From: an uncultured Gemmatimonadaceae bacterium | GTDB taxonomy: Bacteria; Gemmatimonadota; Gemmatimonadetes; Gemmatimonadales; Gemmatimonadaceae | Direction: 5' to 3' | Assembly (NCBI GenBank): GCA_963790305.1 | Contig: CAWBOC010000005.1 | Coordinates: 576,001 to 640,000, forward strand | DNA length: 64,000 nt | Position numbers and translations under genes: made by a program | The notes under the pieces: model-generated | What the model was told of the DNA's origin: nothing | Database searches by the model: none | What the model saw: the letters and a program-made list of their open reading frames with translations, nothing else | Shown: positions 1-10,416 of the stretch, one piece after another | Position numbering within the stretch: the first letter of the stretch is position 1 | Layout of the letters: each line of letters opens with the position of its first letter

Positions 1-1
1 T

Positions 2-124
2 AAGGCGACGCTCTTCGACGTAGACGGCGAGGGTTTTGCGCCGCGCCGACTTGCGCTCGAGTCCGTGGAACGGCGCGCGGACGGCATGCTCTGGCTGCGC
101 TACAGGATCGAGCCGGGTCCGTAG
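2..124 (+). CDS. 3' end of a probable RibD C-terminal/DHFR-family reductase (partial, runs off window)
   Basis: Manual translation ...ATLFDVDGEGFAPRRLALESVERRADGMLWLRYRIEPGP*; the LWLRY ending is typical of RibD_C proteins. Confidence 0.5.
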   Translation, partial: KATLFDVDGEGFAPRRLALESVERRADGMLWLRYRIEPGP

Positions 125-165
125 TCGGTTGCCTACGGCGAACGCCACGCCGCTAGTTTGCCACG

Positions 166-2331
166 ATGCGAATCCAGTGGATCTACGTCCTTCTTCTCAC
201 CGGCCTTCAGCTCGTCTCGCCACTTCAGGCGCAGCAACGAAGGACTGGGGTAGTCCAGGTCACCATCGAGGAGGCGATGGGAATGGTGAGCGGCCTGCTG
301 GTCCGCTCAGGTACGGAAAGCACGCGCAGCGACGCGGAAGGAAAAGCACGCCTCGTCCTTCCGGCTGGTCGTCACATGCTCTCGGTCATGAGCATCGGCT
401 TCAAACCGGCCCAGGTCGCGGTCACGGTTATTGCCGATAGCGTCGTGACGGTGACCGTCAGGGTCGAGATGGCCGAGATGGCGATGGAGGAGGTGAGGAT
501 CAGCGCGACTCGAACGGGGCGGCTCGCCGGCGAGACGCCGGTCCGCGTCGAAGTCCTCGATGAGATGGAAGTGGACGAGAACACGTTGATGGCGCCGAGC
601 GGCATCACAATGCTCCTCAACGAGACCCCGGGCCTTCGCGTCCACGCGGCATCGCCTACGCTCGGCACGGGCAGCGTCCGGATTCTCGGACTGCCCGGCC
701 AATACACCGCGTTGTTGGCAGATGGCCTGCCGCTCTACGGTGGGGGCACCAGCGCGCTCGGACCGCTCGACATCTCGCCCGTCGATCTCCAGCGCGTGGA
801 GATCATCAAGGGCGCCGCGTCGTCGCTCTATGGTGGCCAGGCTCTCGGTGGCGTCATCAACTTCATTTCAAAGCAGCCGTCGGGGAGGAGCGAAGTGCTG
901 CTCAACCGCCGCACGATGGGCGTGACGGACGCCGCCGCGTGGCTGAGTCATCGCAGGGAATCCGGAACCGGCGTCTCACTCCTGACGTCCGGCACCGAGC
1001 AGAGCGCGTATGACGTTGATAGCGACGGCTGGGCAGATCAGCCGCGAGCGCAGCGATTCGGAGTACGTCCCCGACTGAACGCGTTCGACACACGGGGCCG
1101 TTCGCTATTCGTGACGGCAGGCTATGGATACGACAGCCGAAAAGGCGGCACACTCGGCGACGCGCTCACGCCCGCGGGGACGGCATTTCGAGAAGCCCTA
1201 ACGAGCCGGCGGGCCGACCTGGGCGCAACAGCCAACGTTCCGCTCCGCGATTCCGGAAGCGTGGCCGTCCGCTTCGCGGTCTCCACCTCATCGCGACGAC
1301 GTGAGTTTGGCATTGGACCACTCGAGGAAGAGCATACCGCAACTGGCTTCCTGGAGCTCACGCGATTGATCACGACGTCGCGAGGCACCACCGTCATTGG
1401 ATCGGCGGTGCAGCTCGATGATTTCGAGAACTCGCTGAACGAGGCATACGATCATCGCTGGGTTACGCCAAGTCTCTTCGCGACGACCCAGCGCAACGTC
1501 GGACCATTGACGCTCTCGGCTAGCGTGCGCGGCGACGTCCATCCCGAAGCGGGCTTTCAGGTGACCGAGCGCCTCGCTGCGCTGGCGAAACCAGTCGAAG
1601 GATGGTCTGTGCGACTGAGCGCCGGGACCGGGTTCGCGGCACCGGCCGCCACAATCGAAGAGACCGAAGCGATCGGGCTGCGTGCCGTTCGCCCCGGCGC
1701 TCAGCTGAAGCGCGAGCGAAGTCTCGGTACGATGCTCGACGTCAATGGCGAGGTTGCCGGCGCGGAGCTCCTGGTCACTGCCTACGGATCATACATCCGG
1801 GACGCCATACAGCTCGCGGATGGGATGGATGGCACCGGTGAAGGAATCCTGAAGAACGCGAGCGAGCATGTGCGCATCGCCGGCGTCGAAGGCGCGGCGA
1901 TCTGGCGATTCGAGGGTGGCAAGTTCCTCGCAACCTATGGCTACACGCACGGCACTCGTCCCGATGCCATGACCGGCGTGCGCGAGCCAATTCCCCTGCT
2001 CCCGCGTCATCGCGTCGGCGGCGATCTCATGTTCGAGAAGGAGAAGGACTATCGGGTCGGTATAGAAGGAATTTTCTACGGGGTACAATCCCTCGATGAC
2101 AACCCCTTCCGGAGCGAGTCGAAACCGTACGTCTATGTAATGGCCATTGCGATGAAGCAGTTCGGGGGACTCGAGGTGGTCGCGAACTTCGAGAATCTCC
2201 TGAACGTGCGGCAGACCGACACGGATCCGCTCGTTCGCCCGACGCCCCACACTGGGGGGCGGTGGACGACCGACGTTTGGGCGCCGTTGGAAGGCTTCAT
2301 GGCAAACGTCGCGGTTCGGTATCGCTGGTAA
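166..2331 (+). CDS. TonB-dependent outer membrane receptor
   Basis: Signal peptide, N-terminal carboxypeptidase-regulatory-like domain, plug motif RVEIIKGAASSLYGGQALGGVIN, C-terminal aromatic residue. Confidence 0.9.
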   Translation: MRIQWIYVLLLTGLQLVSPLQAQQRRTGVVQVTIEEAMGMVSGLLVRSGTESTRSDAEGKARLVLPAGRHMLSVMSIGFKPAQVAVTVIADSVVTVTVRVEMAEMAMEEVRISATRTGRLAGETPVRVEVLDEMEVDENTLMAPSGITMLLNETPGLRVHAASPTLGTGSVRILGLPGQYTALLADGLPLYGGGTSALGPLDISPVDLQRVEIIKGAASSLYGGQALGGVINFISKQPSGRSEVLLNRRTMGVTDAAAWLSHRRESGTGVSLLTSGTEQSAYDVDSDGWADQPRAQRFGVRPRLNAFDTRGRSLFVTAGYGYDSRKGGTLGDALTPAGTAFREALTSRRADLGATANVPLRDSGSVAVRFAVSTSSRRREFGIGPLEEEHTATGFLELTRLITTSRGTTVIGSAVQLDDFENSLNEAYDHRWVTPSLFATTQRNVGPLTLSASVRGDVHPEAGFQVTERLAALAKPVEGWSVRLSAGTGFAAPAATIEETEAIGLRAVRPGAQLKRERSLGTMLDVNGEVAGAELLVTAYGSYIRDAIQLADGMDGTGEGILKNASEHVRIAGVEGAAIWRFEGGKFLATYGYTHGTRPDAMTGVREPIPLLPRHRVGGDLMFEKEKDYRVGIEGIFYGVQSLDDNPFRSESKPYVYVMAIAMKQFGGLEVVANFENLLNVRQTDTDPLVRPTPHTGGRWTTDVWAPLEGFMANVAVRYRW

Positions 2332-2344
2332 ACCACCGGGCCCC

Positions 2345-2433
2345 ATGAGGCGTCAGAGGAACGAGGCCGCGCAACGCCTGTTCGCTCGAGCGGGATTCCG
2401 AGCAACGGTGGTCGTGATGACACGCGAGTCAAG
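2345..2433 (+). pseudogene. possible GNAT acetyltransferase C-terminal remnant
   Basis: NEAAQRLFARAGFRATVVVMTRE resembles the GNAT C-terminal N-x2-A-x2-L(F/Y)-x3-GF motif; no N-terminal half. Confidence 0.35.
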
Positions 2434-2519
2434 GGAAGCGGGTCTTGACGTCGCGACCGTGTTAGGTAGTCGAGAAGAGCCTTCCCCAGGCGAACCCCCT
2501 GAGCATATTGTCTGGCGGG

Positions 2520-4151
2520 ATGCGCACAAGTGAGCCCTATGTTGGCGGGGCAGCCGAGCTGTTCGCCGGTCCAGGCGAGATGGCTGCCCGCTGCCGCGCG
2601 TTCGATTGGTCGTCGACGCCACTCGGTCCGGTCGAGCAGTGGCCGCAGAGCCTGCGTACCATGGCTGCCGCGGTGCTCGCGTCGAGAAACCCCATGCTGC
2701 TCTTCTGGGGACCCGAGCTGGTCCAGATCTATAACGACGCCTTTCGCCCCAGTCTGGGGAGATCTGACGGAGTAGCGGCCCGGCATCCGCGCGCTCTGGG
2801 CATGAGGGCGGCCGACTTCTGGAGTGACGTCTGGGCCGTTGTCGGACCGCAGATCGAGGGCGTCATGACGCGCGGCGAGGCGGTCTGGTTCGAGAACCTC
2901 CACCTCCCCATCGAGCGTGATGGCAAGCTCGACGACGCGTGGTGGACGTACAGCTATAGCCCTGTCCGGGATGATGATGGGCGCATCGGCGGCACGCTCG
3001 TCGTGTGTCTCGAGACCACCGCCGCGGTGCGCGCACATACGGAGCTCGAGGCCGAGCGCGCTCGATCGGCCGGCATCCTCGAGGCCATGGCGGACGCGCA
3101 TCTTGCACTGGACAGGGACTTCCGCATTGTCAGCGTCAACGAAACGATGGTGCGCAACGTCAACCTCCCGCGCGCGGCAATGCTCGGCCGCTCCGTCTGG
3201 GAGGTCTTCCCCGGGCTCCTCGGGTCGCCCTTTGAGCAGGCGTACCGGCGCGCCGCCACCGAGCGACAGGAATCGCACCTCACGCATCCCTACGGCGACC
3301 GACGTCTCGATCTGGTGGCCGAGGTGGACGCGTATCCGACACCCGAGGGAGGGGTCGCCATCTTCTGGCGCGACATCACGGAACGCCAGCGGGCCACCGC
3401 CGAGCGCGAGCGCGCTCGTGCGGAGGCGGAGGCTGCGCGCGCCGAGGCGGAAGCGGCGAACCGAGCGAAGGCCACCTTCCTGGCGATGATGAGTCACGAG
3501 CTGCGGACGCCACTCAACGCCATCGGCGGCTACGCGCAGCTCATGCTCGCCGGCATACCGATCCAGCTTACGGAGGGGCAGCAGAATTATCTCGAGCGCA
3601 TCGTGAAGAGTCAGCAGCACCTCCTCGGCCTCATCGATGCCGTGCTCACCCACGCCAAGCTGGAATCGGGGAAGGAGACCTACCGCCTCAGCGAGGTCAC
3701 TGCGCGTGAGGTGCTCGAGGTCGTCGATCCGCTCACGGCGCCGCAGCGCGCCGCGAAGCGCCTGCAGTACGACGCCAGCCAGTGCGACCTTACGCTCGTG
3801 TTTCATGCAGACAGAGAGAAGGTCGTGCAGATTCTTCTCAACGTGCTCTCGAATGCGGCGAAGTTCACCCCGGCTGGCGGCCAGATCATCGTCACCACCG
3901 ACGTCCCATCGCCCGGAGTTGGTGCCGTGGCCATCCGCGACACGGGCATCGGGATGACCGCTGCTCAGCTCGAGCGCGTTTTCGAGCCGTTCGTCCAGTT
4001 CGACAGCCCACTCGCGCGCGAGAACAAGGGAGTCGGGCTCGGGATGCCGATCAGTCGCGAGCTGGCGCGCGGGATGGGAGGCGATCTTCTCGTGGCAAGC
4101 GAGCCGGGCGCCGGGTCCACCTTCACGCTGCTGCTTCCGCTGCGCCGTTAG
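2520..4151 (+). CDS. PAS-domain sensor histidine kinase
   Basis: Two PAS regions, H-box FLAMMSHELRTPLN, N-box NAAKFT, G boxes DTGIG and GVGLG; ATG at 2520 preferred over TTG at 2508. Confidence 0.93.
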   Translation: MRTSEPYVGGAAELFAGPGEMAARCRAFDWSSTPLGPVEQWPQSLRTMAAAVLASRNPMLLFWGPELVQIYNDAFRPSLGRSDGVAARHPRALGMRAADFWSDVWAVVGPQIEGVMTRGEAVWFENLHLPIERDGKLDDAWWTYSYSPVRDDDGRIGGTLVVCLETTAAVRAHTELEAERARSAGILEAMADAHLALDRDFRIVSVNETMVRNVNLPRAAMLGRSVWEVFPGLLGSPFEQAYRRAATERQESHLTHPYGDRRLDLVAEVDAYPTPEGGVAIFWRDITERQRATAERERARAEAEAARAEAEAANRAKATFLAMMSHELRTPLNAIGGYAQLMLAGIPIQLTEGQQNYLERIVKSQQHLLGLIDAVLTHAKLESGKETYRLSEVTAREVLEVVDPLTAPQRAAKRLQYDASQCDLTLVFHADREKVVQILLNVLSNAAKFTPAGGQIIVTTDVPSPGVGAVAIRDTGIGMTAAQLERVFEPFVQFDSPLARENKGVGLGMPISRELARGMGGDLLVASEPGAGSTFTLLLPLRR

Positions 4152-4180
4152 GCATCGGCGACACCAACTCCTCGGACACC

Positions 4181-7100
4181 ATGGCCACCCCGACTCGGAT
4201 GCTCCGACCCCTCGCTCTCTCCCTGCTCCTTCTCACGGTGGCCGGCATCGGCGCGGCACAGCAACCGCAGCCCCGCGTCCTCGTCTTCTCCAGGACCACC
4301 GGCTTCCGACACAGCTCGATCGAGACCGGGATTGCCGCAGTGCAGAAGCTCGGGCGGGAGAATGGCTTCGCCGTCGAGGCGACCGAGGACGCGGCCGTAT
4401 TCTCCGAGCGCAGCCTGAGACGATTCCGTGCTGTCGTCTTTCTCAATACCACTGGCGACATCCTGAACGCGACACAGCAGGATGCGTTCGAGCGCTACAT
4501 CCAGGCGGGCGGTGGCTGGGTCGGCATCCATTCCGCGGCCGACACCGAGTACGAGTGGCCGTGGTACGGGCGACTTGCCGGCGCGTACTTCGAGAGCCAC
4601 CCCAACGATCCCAACGTCCGGAAAGGCACGTTCCGCGTGCTGGACAAAACCCATCCGTCGACCGAGGGGTTTCCGGACCGCTGGGAGCGCGAGGACGAGT
4701 TCTACAACTTCAAGTCCATCGACCGCGACATCCGGGTGCTCGTCGACATCGACGAGACGAGCTACGAAGGCGGCACCAACGGCTCCCGCCACCCGATGAG
4801 CTGGTATCACCCGTACGACGGTGGCCGCGCGTTCTACACGAACATGGGCCACACCGAGGCGACGTTCTCAGAGCCGCTGTTCCTCCGTCACCTCCTCGGC
4901 GGACTGCGCTACGCGATAGGAACGGATTCGTTGAACTACGGACGGGTGCGTCCGGAGGAGAATCGATTCACGAAGGTCGTGCTCGCCGACAAGCTGAACG
5001 AGCCGGTGGAGCTCGCGGTTCTGCCTGACGAGCGAGTGCTCTTCATCGAGCGCAGAGGTCCCGTCAACCTCTACCGCCCGGCGACGGGACAGTACACGAA
5101 GCTCGCGACGATTCCCGTCAGCAACAAATACACGAAGGGCCAGGACGGAGAGGACGGGCTGCTCGGGCTCGCCGCCGACCCGAACTTCGCCAGCAATGGC
5201 TGGATCTACCTCTACTACTCGCCTGTCGGGCCGGAGCCGAAGAACGTGCTCGCTCGCTACACGATGAAAGGCGATTCGCTCGATCTCGCTTCAGCCGTGA
5301 TCGTTCTGGAGGTCCCCGTTCAACGCGACGAGTGCTGCCACACGGGCGGCTCGATCGCGTTCGACCGCCAGGGCAACCTCTACCTCTCCACGGGCGACAA
5401 CACCAACCCGTTCGCGACCGGCTACGCCCCGATCGACGAGCGCCCCAACCGTTCGCCGTGGGACGCGCAGAAGTCGTCCGCGAACACGAACGACCTGCGG
5501 GGCAAGATCCTTCGCATTCATCCCGAGCCTAACGGGACGTACACGATCCCGGAGGGAAACCTCTTTCCGAGGGGGACGCCGCAGACCCGGCCGGAGATCT
5601 ACACCATGGGTCACCGAAACCCGTACCGCATCGCCGTCGACACGCGGACCGGGTTCGTCTACTGGGGCGACGTCGGTCCCGACGCGGGCGCGGATTCGGC
5701 GGGGCGTGGGCCGGCCGGTCACGACGAGATCGGGCAGGCGCGGCGCGCCGGGAACTTCGGGTGGCCGCATTTCGTGGCCGACAACAAGGCGTATTTCGAC
5801 GTGGACTTCGGCACGATGACGGCCGGTCCCAGGTTCGATCCCGCGCGCCCCATGAACACCTCGCCGAACAACACCGGCCGAACCGAGCTGCCCCCAGCGC
5901 AGAGAGCATTCATCTGGTACCCGTACGGCCCGTCGGCGGAATTTCCGCTCGTTGGCAACGGCGGTCGCACCGCCATGGCCGGTCCGGTCCTTCACCGCGC
6001 CGATTTCCCGAACGCGGAGCGACCCTTTCCTGCGTATTACGATGGCAAGCTCTTCATTTACGAGTGGATGCGTGGATGGGTCATCGCCGTCACCATGGAC
6101 GAGCAGGGGAATCTCGTCTCCATGGAGCGCTTCATGGCGAGCCACAAGTTCAGCAACCCGATGGACATGGAGTTCGGGCCCAACGGCGACCTGTACGTCC
6201 TCGAGTACGGCACCGCGTGGTTCCAGGGCAACGACGACGCCCGGCTCGTCCGCATCGAGTACAACGGCGGCAATCGCAAGCCGATCGTCGCGGTTGGCGT
6301 CGACAAGCCGGCTGGAGCGACACCCCTAACGGTCGCACTGTCGTCCGTCGGCACCACCGATCTCGACGACGACGAGCTCCGATACGAGTGGAAGATTTCG
6401 CGCGCCAACGGGACCGCCGTCCGGACGCTCACCAGTCCCAACCCGACGTTCACCTTCGCGACGCCGGGCGTGTACACCGCGTCGCTCGTCGTCACCGACG
6501 CGCAGGGGGCGCGCGATTCGGCAAAGACGCAGATCGCCGCCGGGAACGAGCCGCCGAGGGTGGACATCGATCTGCTCGGAAGCAACCGGACGTTCTTCTT
6601 CCCCCGTGTCCCTGTCCGCTACGCTGTGCGCGTAACCGACCGCGAGGATGGCTCGCTCCAAAACGCGCGGATTCCCGCGAGCCGCGTGGTCGTGACGGCG
6701 GCGTACCACACGCAGGGACTCGTGCAAAGCCAAGGCGGACAACAGGTGGCCGTCGTGCCAGCGTCGCACGAGGCGGGCAGGCGCCTGATCGAGGGCGGTA
6801 CCTGTCTCTCGTGCCACCAGGTGGCCAAGGCGTCGGTCGGCCCCTCGTACACCGCCGTGGCGCGCCGGTATCGCGGTGACACCAGCGCGAGGGCGCGGCT
6901 CGTCCGGAAGATCCGCGCTGGAGGGTCGGGCGTGTGGGGCCAGACGATGATGCCGGCACATCCGCAGCTCACCGAGGCGCAAGCCTCGGCGATGGTGGCG
7001 TACATCCTCAGCCTGGCCCAGCCCCGCCCGCCATCGCTTCCCGTGCGCGGTTCGTACGTGCCCGCCGCACGGACCGACACGTCGCCACAAGGCGTCGTCG

Positions 7101-7603
7101 TATTGCGAGCCGCATACAGCGATCGAGGTGCGAACGGCATTCGCAGCGCTTCGGCGGAGAACGCGGTTGTGCTCCGCTCGCCGGTGGTCGTCGTTGCCCG
7201 CGGCGAGGTAGCGGATGGCGTGCAGAAGTACGCAGGACCGGAGGTACCGGTCGAGGTGACGATTGGCGCCCGATCCGGCGCCTTCGTCGGGTTCAAGCAA
7301 CTCGATCTCACCGGGCTGTCGGCCATCGTCTTCTCGGCCTCGGCGCCCGTGCCTAACGTCAACAGCACGGGCGGCAGGGTCGAGGTTCGGCTGGACTCGG
7401 TGACGGGCGTTCTGGTGGGCCAGACCGAGCTCATCCAGCCGCAGCCCGCGATGGTGGCGCCTTTGGAATTGCGCGCAGCGCTCAGGCCCACGACGGGGCT
7501 GCACGATGTCTATTTCGTCTTTCGAAACGAGAGCGCCAAGGAAGGCCAGAACCTCTTCGTGCTGTTCACGGCTGCCTTCGTGAGAGGCACCGGCTCGCGC
7601 TAG
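4181..7603 (+). CDS. secreted ThuA + glucose/sorbosone dehydrogenase propeller + PKD + cytochrome c + CBM6 multidomain protein
   Basis: VLVFSRTTGFRHSSI (ThuA), GHRNPYR (GSDH), PKD segment, CLSCH heme motif, C-terminal GLHDVYFVF; ATG at 4181 followed by a signal peptide. Confidence 0.88.
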   Translation: MATPTRMLRPLALSLLLLTVAGIGAAQQPQPRVLVFSRTTGFRHSSIETGIAAVQKLGRENGFAVEATEDAAVFSERSLRRFRAVVFLNTTGDILNATQQDAFERYIQAGGGWVGIHSAADTEYEWPWYGRLAGAYFESHPNDPNVRKGTFRVLDKTHPSTEGFPDRWEREDEFYNFKSIDRDIRVLVDIDETSYEGGTNGSRHPMSWYHPYDGGRAFYTNMGHTEATFSEPLFLRHLLGGLRYAIGTDSLNYGRVRPEENRFTKVVLADKLNEPVELAVLPDERVLFIERRGPVNLYRPATGQYTKLATIPVSNKYTKGQDGEDGLLGLAADPNFASNGWIYLYYSPVGPEPKNVLARYTMKGDSLDLASAVIVLEVPVQRDECCHTGGSIAFDRQGNLYLSTGDNTNPFATGYAPIDERPNRSPWDAQKSSANTNDLRGKILRIHPEPNGTYTIPEGNLFPRGTPQTRPEIYTMGHRNPYRIAVDTRTGFVYWGDVGPDAGADSAGRGPAGHDEIGQARRAGNFGWPHFVADNKAYFDVDFGTMTAGPRFDPARPMNTSPNNTGRTELPPAQRAFIWYPYGPSAEFPLVGNGGRTAMAGPVLHRADFPNAERPFPAYYDGKLFIYEWMRGWVIAVTMDEQGNLVSMERFMASHKFSNPMDMEFGPNGDLYVLEYGTAWFQGNDDARLVRIEYNGGNRKPIVAVGVDKPAGATPLTVALSSVGTTDLDDDELRYEWKISRANGTAVRTLTSPNPTFTFATPGVYTASLVVTDAQGARDSAKTQIAAGNEPPRVDIDLLGSNRTFFFPRVPVRYAVRVTDREDGSLQNARIPASRVVVTAAYHTQGLVQSQGGQQVAVVPASHEAGRRLIEGGTCLSCHQVAKASVGPSYTAVARRYRGDTSARARLVRKIRAGGSGVWGQTMMPAHPQLTEAQASAMVAYILSLAQPRPPSLPVRGSYVPAARTDTSPQGVVVLRAAYSDRGANGIRSASAENAVVLRSPVVVVARGEVADGVQKYAGPEVPVEVTIGARSGAFVGFKQLDLTGLSAIVFSASAPVPNVNSTGGRVEVRLDSVTGVLVGQTELIQPQPAMVAPLELRAALRPTTGLHDVYFVFRNESAKEGQNLFVLFTAAFVRGTGSR

Positions 7604-8257
7604 TTCGTCGCGCGATCCGCGCGAGCGGGTGCGGGGCTTGACGAGGATTCCCGTCCGGAGCCGCTCGAACGAATAGCGCATCAGCTCACTGACGGCAGCC
7701 GGTTCCGGCAGCTGGCCATCGATGGCGAGCATGGCAATGCCGTGCACGAGCGCCCAGTTGTATGTGGCCATCAGCAGGGCGTCATCCCCAAAGAGCACCC
7801 TGTCGTGCTGCAACGAGGCGACGGCGTCCACGAGCGCCTGGAAGGCGCCTCGCGCTTCGACGGCGAGCTCGGGCTCCTTTGCTTGCGGGTCGACGAACCC
7901 GCCGAACATCACGCGATAGTGCGACGGATTGTCGACGGCGAACCGAACGTAGGCAACGCCCATGGCATGGAACGCCCCGTCGTTCCGCCCGCCTTCCTCC
8001 CACGCGGCAACAAGCTGCCGTCGTAATGTGCTGAAGCCTTCGGTGGCGACGGCCGCCAGCAACGCGCGCTTGTCGGTGAAGTGTCGATAGAGCGCTGTAC
8101 GCGACACCCCCAACCGAGCGCCAATGTCGCGTAGCGTGACGCCATCGACGCCCTCGGCGCGGATGGTGGCGAGCGCCTCATCGAGGAGCGCCCGGCGCAG
8201 GTTGCCATGATGGTAGGAGCGGCGCGGCTTGCCCACCGGGCGCGTCGGTCGAGGCAT
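7600..8257 (-). CDS. TetR/AcrR family regulator (WHG-type C-terminus); 3' end uncertain
   Basis: YHHGNLRRALL...LGVSRTALYRHF helix-turn-helix, WALVHG; the ORF has no nearby in-frame stop and runs on to 6326. Confidence 0.85.
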
Positions 8258-8281
8258 GTGACCTCTATCTTACATGCAGGG

Positions 8282-8330
8282 TGTTGACATTGTCAACATG
8301 GCATCCTAGTCTATGTTGACATTGGCAACA
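8282..8330. promoter_or_regulatory. two palindromic TetR-type operators overlapping TTGACA -35 boxes
   Basis: TGTTGACATTGTCAACA (8282-8298, perfect) and TGTTGACATTGGCAACA (8314-8330) between divergent genes. Confidence 0.75.
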
Positions 8331-8344
8331 TAGAGAGGACGGCC

Positions 8345-9343
8345 ATGGATTCCACACAACACCACGCTACTCGTCCAGCTCGGGTCCGAGCCGCTGCACT
8401 GCGTGATACACTCTGGCGCGGGAGCCCGCCGCTCACGGCGGTCGGGCTGCTCATGCTCGTCGTCGCCGTCGCTTCGCTGGTCGGCGTGTTCGCGGATCCG
8501 CGCATCATTACCGGCGCACCCGCCTGGCTCAAGCCCTTCAAGTTCGCGATCTCGACCGCCGTCTATAGCCTCACGCTCGCGTGGATCTTCCAATGGCTCA
8601 CGGACTGGCCGCGGGTCCGCCGGATCGTTGGCTGGACGACCGCGATCGTGTTCGTGCTCGAGGTGGCGATCATCGACGCGCAGGCGTGGCGCGGAACGAC
8701 CAGCCACTTCAACGCGGCGACCCCGCTCGATCGCGTACTGTTCGGCGTGATGGGTGCCGCGATTGTGCTGCAGACCCTCGTGAGCATGTCGGTCGCGGTC
8801 GCGTTGTGGCGGCACCGCTTCGCCGATCGCTCACTCGCATGGGCCCTGCGACTCGGCATGACGCTGACCATCGCTGGCGCGATGACTGGCCCCCTCATGA
8901 CTCGCCCCACGGCAGCGCAACTTGCGGATGCGCGCGCCGGTCGCGGCATACCGATCGTAGGCGCGCATTCAGTCGGCGGGGTGGACGGCGGTCCCGGCGT
9001 GCCGGTCACGGGGTGGAGTCGAGAGCACGGCGATGTGCGCGTTCCGCACTTCATCGGACTGCACGCGATCCAGGTGCTGGCGCTCATCGCGGTCGGGCTG
9101 CGGCGGTGGCGCCGTTCAGAAAACGTTCGCGTCAGGGTCGTGCTTGTTGCCGCGGCGAGCTACGGGTCGCTGTTTCTGTTGCTGCTCTGGGAAGCGCTGC
9201 GCGGAAAGAGCATCGTGGCCCCCGATGCGCTGGCACTCACGTCGATCGCGGTCTGGGCAACCATCACGGTACTCCTCATCGGCTGGATCGGCATCGGCTC
9301 CCGCGGCGCCTCGCGCGACCGCCTCGACCGGGCGGCGGTATGA
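8345..9343 (+). CDS. multi-pass membrane protein, unknown function
   Basis: About 7-8 hydrophobic segments; motifs WLKPFKF, SHFN, GDVRVPHFIGLH. Confidence 0.8.
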   Translation: MDSTQHHATRPARVRAAALRDTLWRGSPPLTAVGLLMLVVAVASLVGVFADPRIITGAPAWLKPFKFAISTAVYSLTLAWIFQWLTDWPRVRRIVGWTTAIVFVLEVAIIDAQAWRGTTSHFNAATPLDRVLFGVMGAAIVLQTLVSMSVAVALWRHRFADRSLAWALRLGMTLTIAGAMTGPLMTRPTAAQLADARAGRGIPIVGAHSVGGVDGGPGVPVTGWSREHGDVRVPHFIGLHAIQVLALIAVGLRRWRRSENVRVRVVLVAAASYGSLFLLLLWEALRGKSIVAPDALALTSIAVWATITVLLIGWIGIGSRGASRDRLDRAAV

Positions 9344-9777
9344 TCGGCGAACAGCTTTTCTCGCTTCTGAACCTCGTGGCCATCGTAGCGTGGCTGCCCT
9401 TGGTGTTTCTGCCGCGAGCGCGCTGGGCGTCGACCCTCGTACCGGTAGTGATTCCGTCCGTGCTCGCGGCGGTCTACGTCGTGCTCGCGGCTGTGGGCGT
9501 GACGCAGAGCGAGGGTGGTTTTTCGTCCATGGCAGGCGTCCGCACGCTGTTCGACAACGATTGGGCGCTGCTTGCGGGATGGACGCACTATCTGGCATTC
9601 GACCTGTTCGTAGGTGGCTGGGAAGTACGCGATTCACAGCGGCGAGGCATTCCACATCTACTCGTTGTGCCGGCGCTGGTCCTGACGTTCCTCTTCGGGC
9701 CCGGAGGCTTCCTGCTCTATCTGGCGCTCCGCCGATTCGCGCCGAACAGGGTCGCGGCGAGCTCGTCCGTCGAGTAG
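9340..9777 (+). CDS. ABA4-like (DUF4281) membrane protein
   Basis: AGWTHYLAFDLFVG and LTFLFGPGG motifs; ATGA overlap with upstream gene. Confidence 0.85.
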   Translation: MIGEQLFSLLNLVAIVAWLPLVFLPRARWASTLVPVVIPSVLAAVYVVLAAVGVTQSEGGFSSMAGVRTLFDNDWALLAGWTHYLAFDLFVGGWEVRDSQRRGIPHLLVVPALVLTFLFGPGGFLLYLALRRFAPNRVAASSSVE

Positions 9778-9932
9778 CGGCGACGCACCGCTCGAACGCA
9801 CCCCTGGACGGGCGTAACGCACGAAGCCTGCGCGGTTTAGCGCCGATGTCGAATTTGCGGGGGCTCGTTCGACGTCTGGGTAGAGGCAACGAATCAGGCA
9901 GTGTCACGACGCAAACCACCAGGAGATCGCAC

Positions 9933-10394
9933 ATGAGCACGACCGAAACCGCCGCCCCCACGATCCAAAACGCCGGCACGAAGCCGACGACGCCCCGCAA
10001 GCTGTTCGTCAACATTCCCGTCCGCGACCTTCAGCGGTCGATCGATTTCTTCGAGACGCTCGGATTCGCCTTCAACACGCAGTTCACCGACGCAACGGCC
10101 ACGTGCATGCTTGTCGGCGAGGATGCGTACTTCATGCTCATCTCCACGGAGCGATTCAAGGAGTTCAGCAAGCGACCCGTGGGTGACTCGCAGAAGGAGA
10201 CGAACGCGCTCTTCGCGATCAGCGTGGACAACCGCGACGAAGTCGACACGTTCGTGAACAAGGCGCTAACGGCCGGTGGCTCACGTGCCGCCGATCCGCA
10301 GGATCATGGATTCATGTATGCGTGGAGCTTCTACGACATCGATGGGCACCACTGGGAAGTGTTCTGGATGGATCCCAGCGCGGTCCAAGGCTGA
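9933..10394 (+). CDS. VOC/glyoxalase-bleomycin resistance family protein
   Basis: FVNIPVRDLQRSIDFF...FYDIDGHHWEV; AGGAG RBS. Confidence 0.88.
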   Translation: MSTTETAAPTIQNAGTKPTTPRKLFVNIPVRDLQRSIDFFETLGFAFNTQFTDATATCMLVGEDAYFMLISTERFKEFSKRPVGDSQKETNALFAISVDNRDEVDTFVNKALTAGGSRAADPQDHGFMYAWSFYDIDGHHWEVFWMDPSAVQG

Positions 10395-10416
10395 GCAAAA
10401 ACAGGGAGAGACGACA

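Noticed and set aside
2133..3806. 557-aa minus-strand ORF
   Set aside because: Antisense shadow of the histidine kinase; long shadow ORFs are expected in GC-rich DNA
3782..4180. N-terminal extension of the 1273-aa ORF
   Set aside because: It overlaps the kinase gene; the signal peptide starts at ATG 4181. The same applies to other over-extended ORFs such as 9033, 14401, 16480, 18556, 46637, 49434 and 60090
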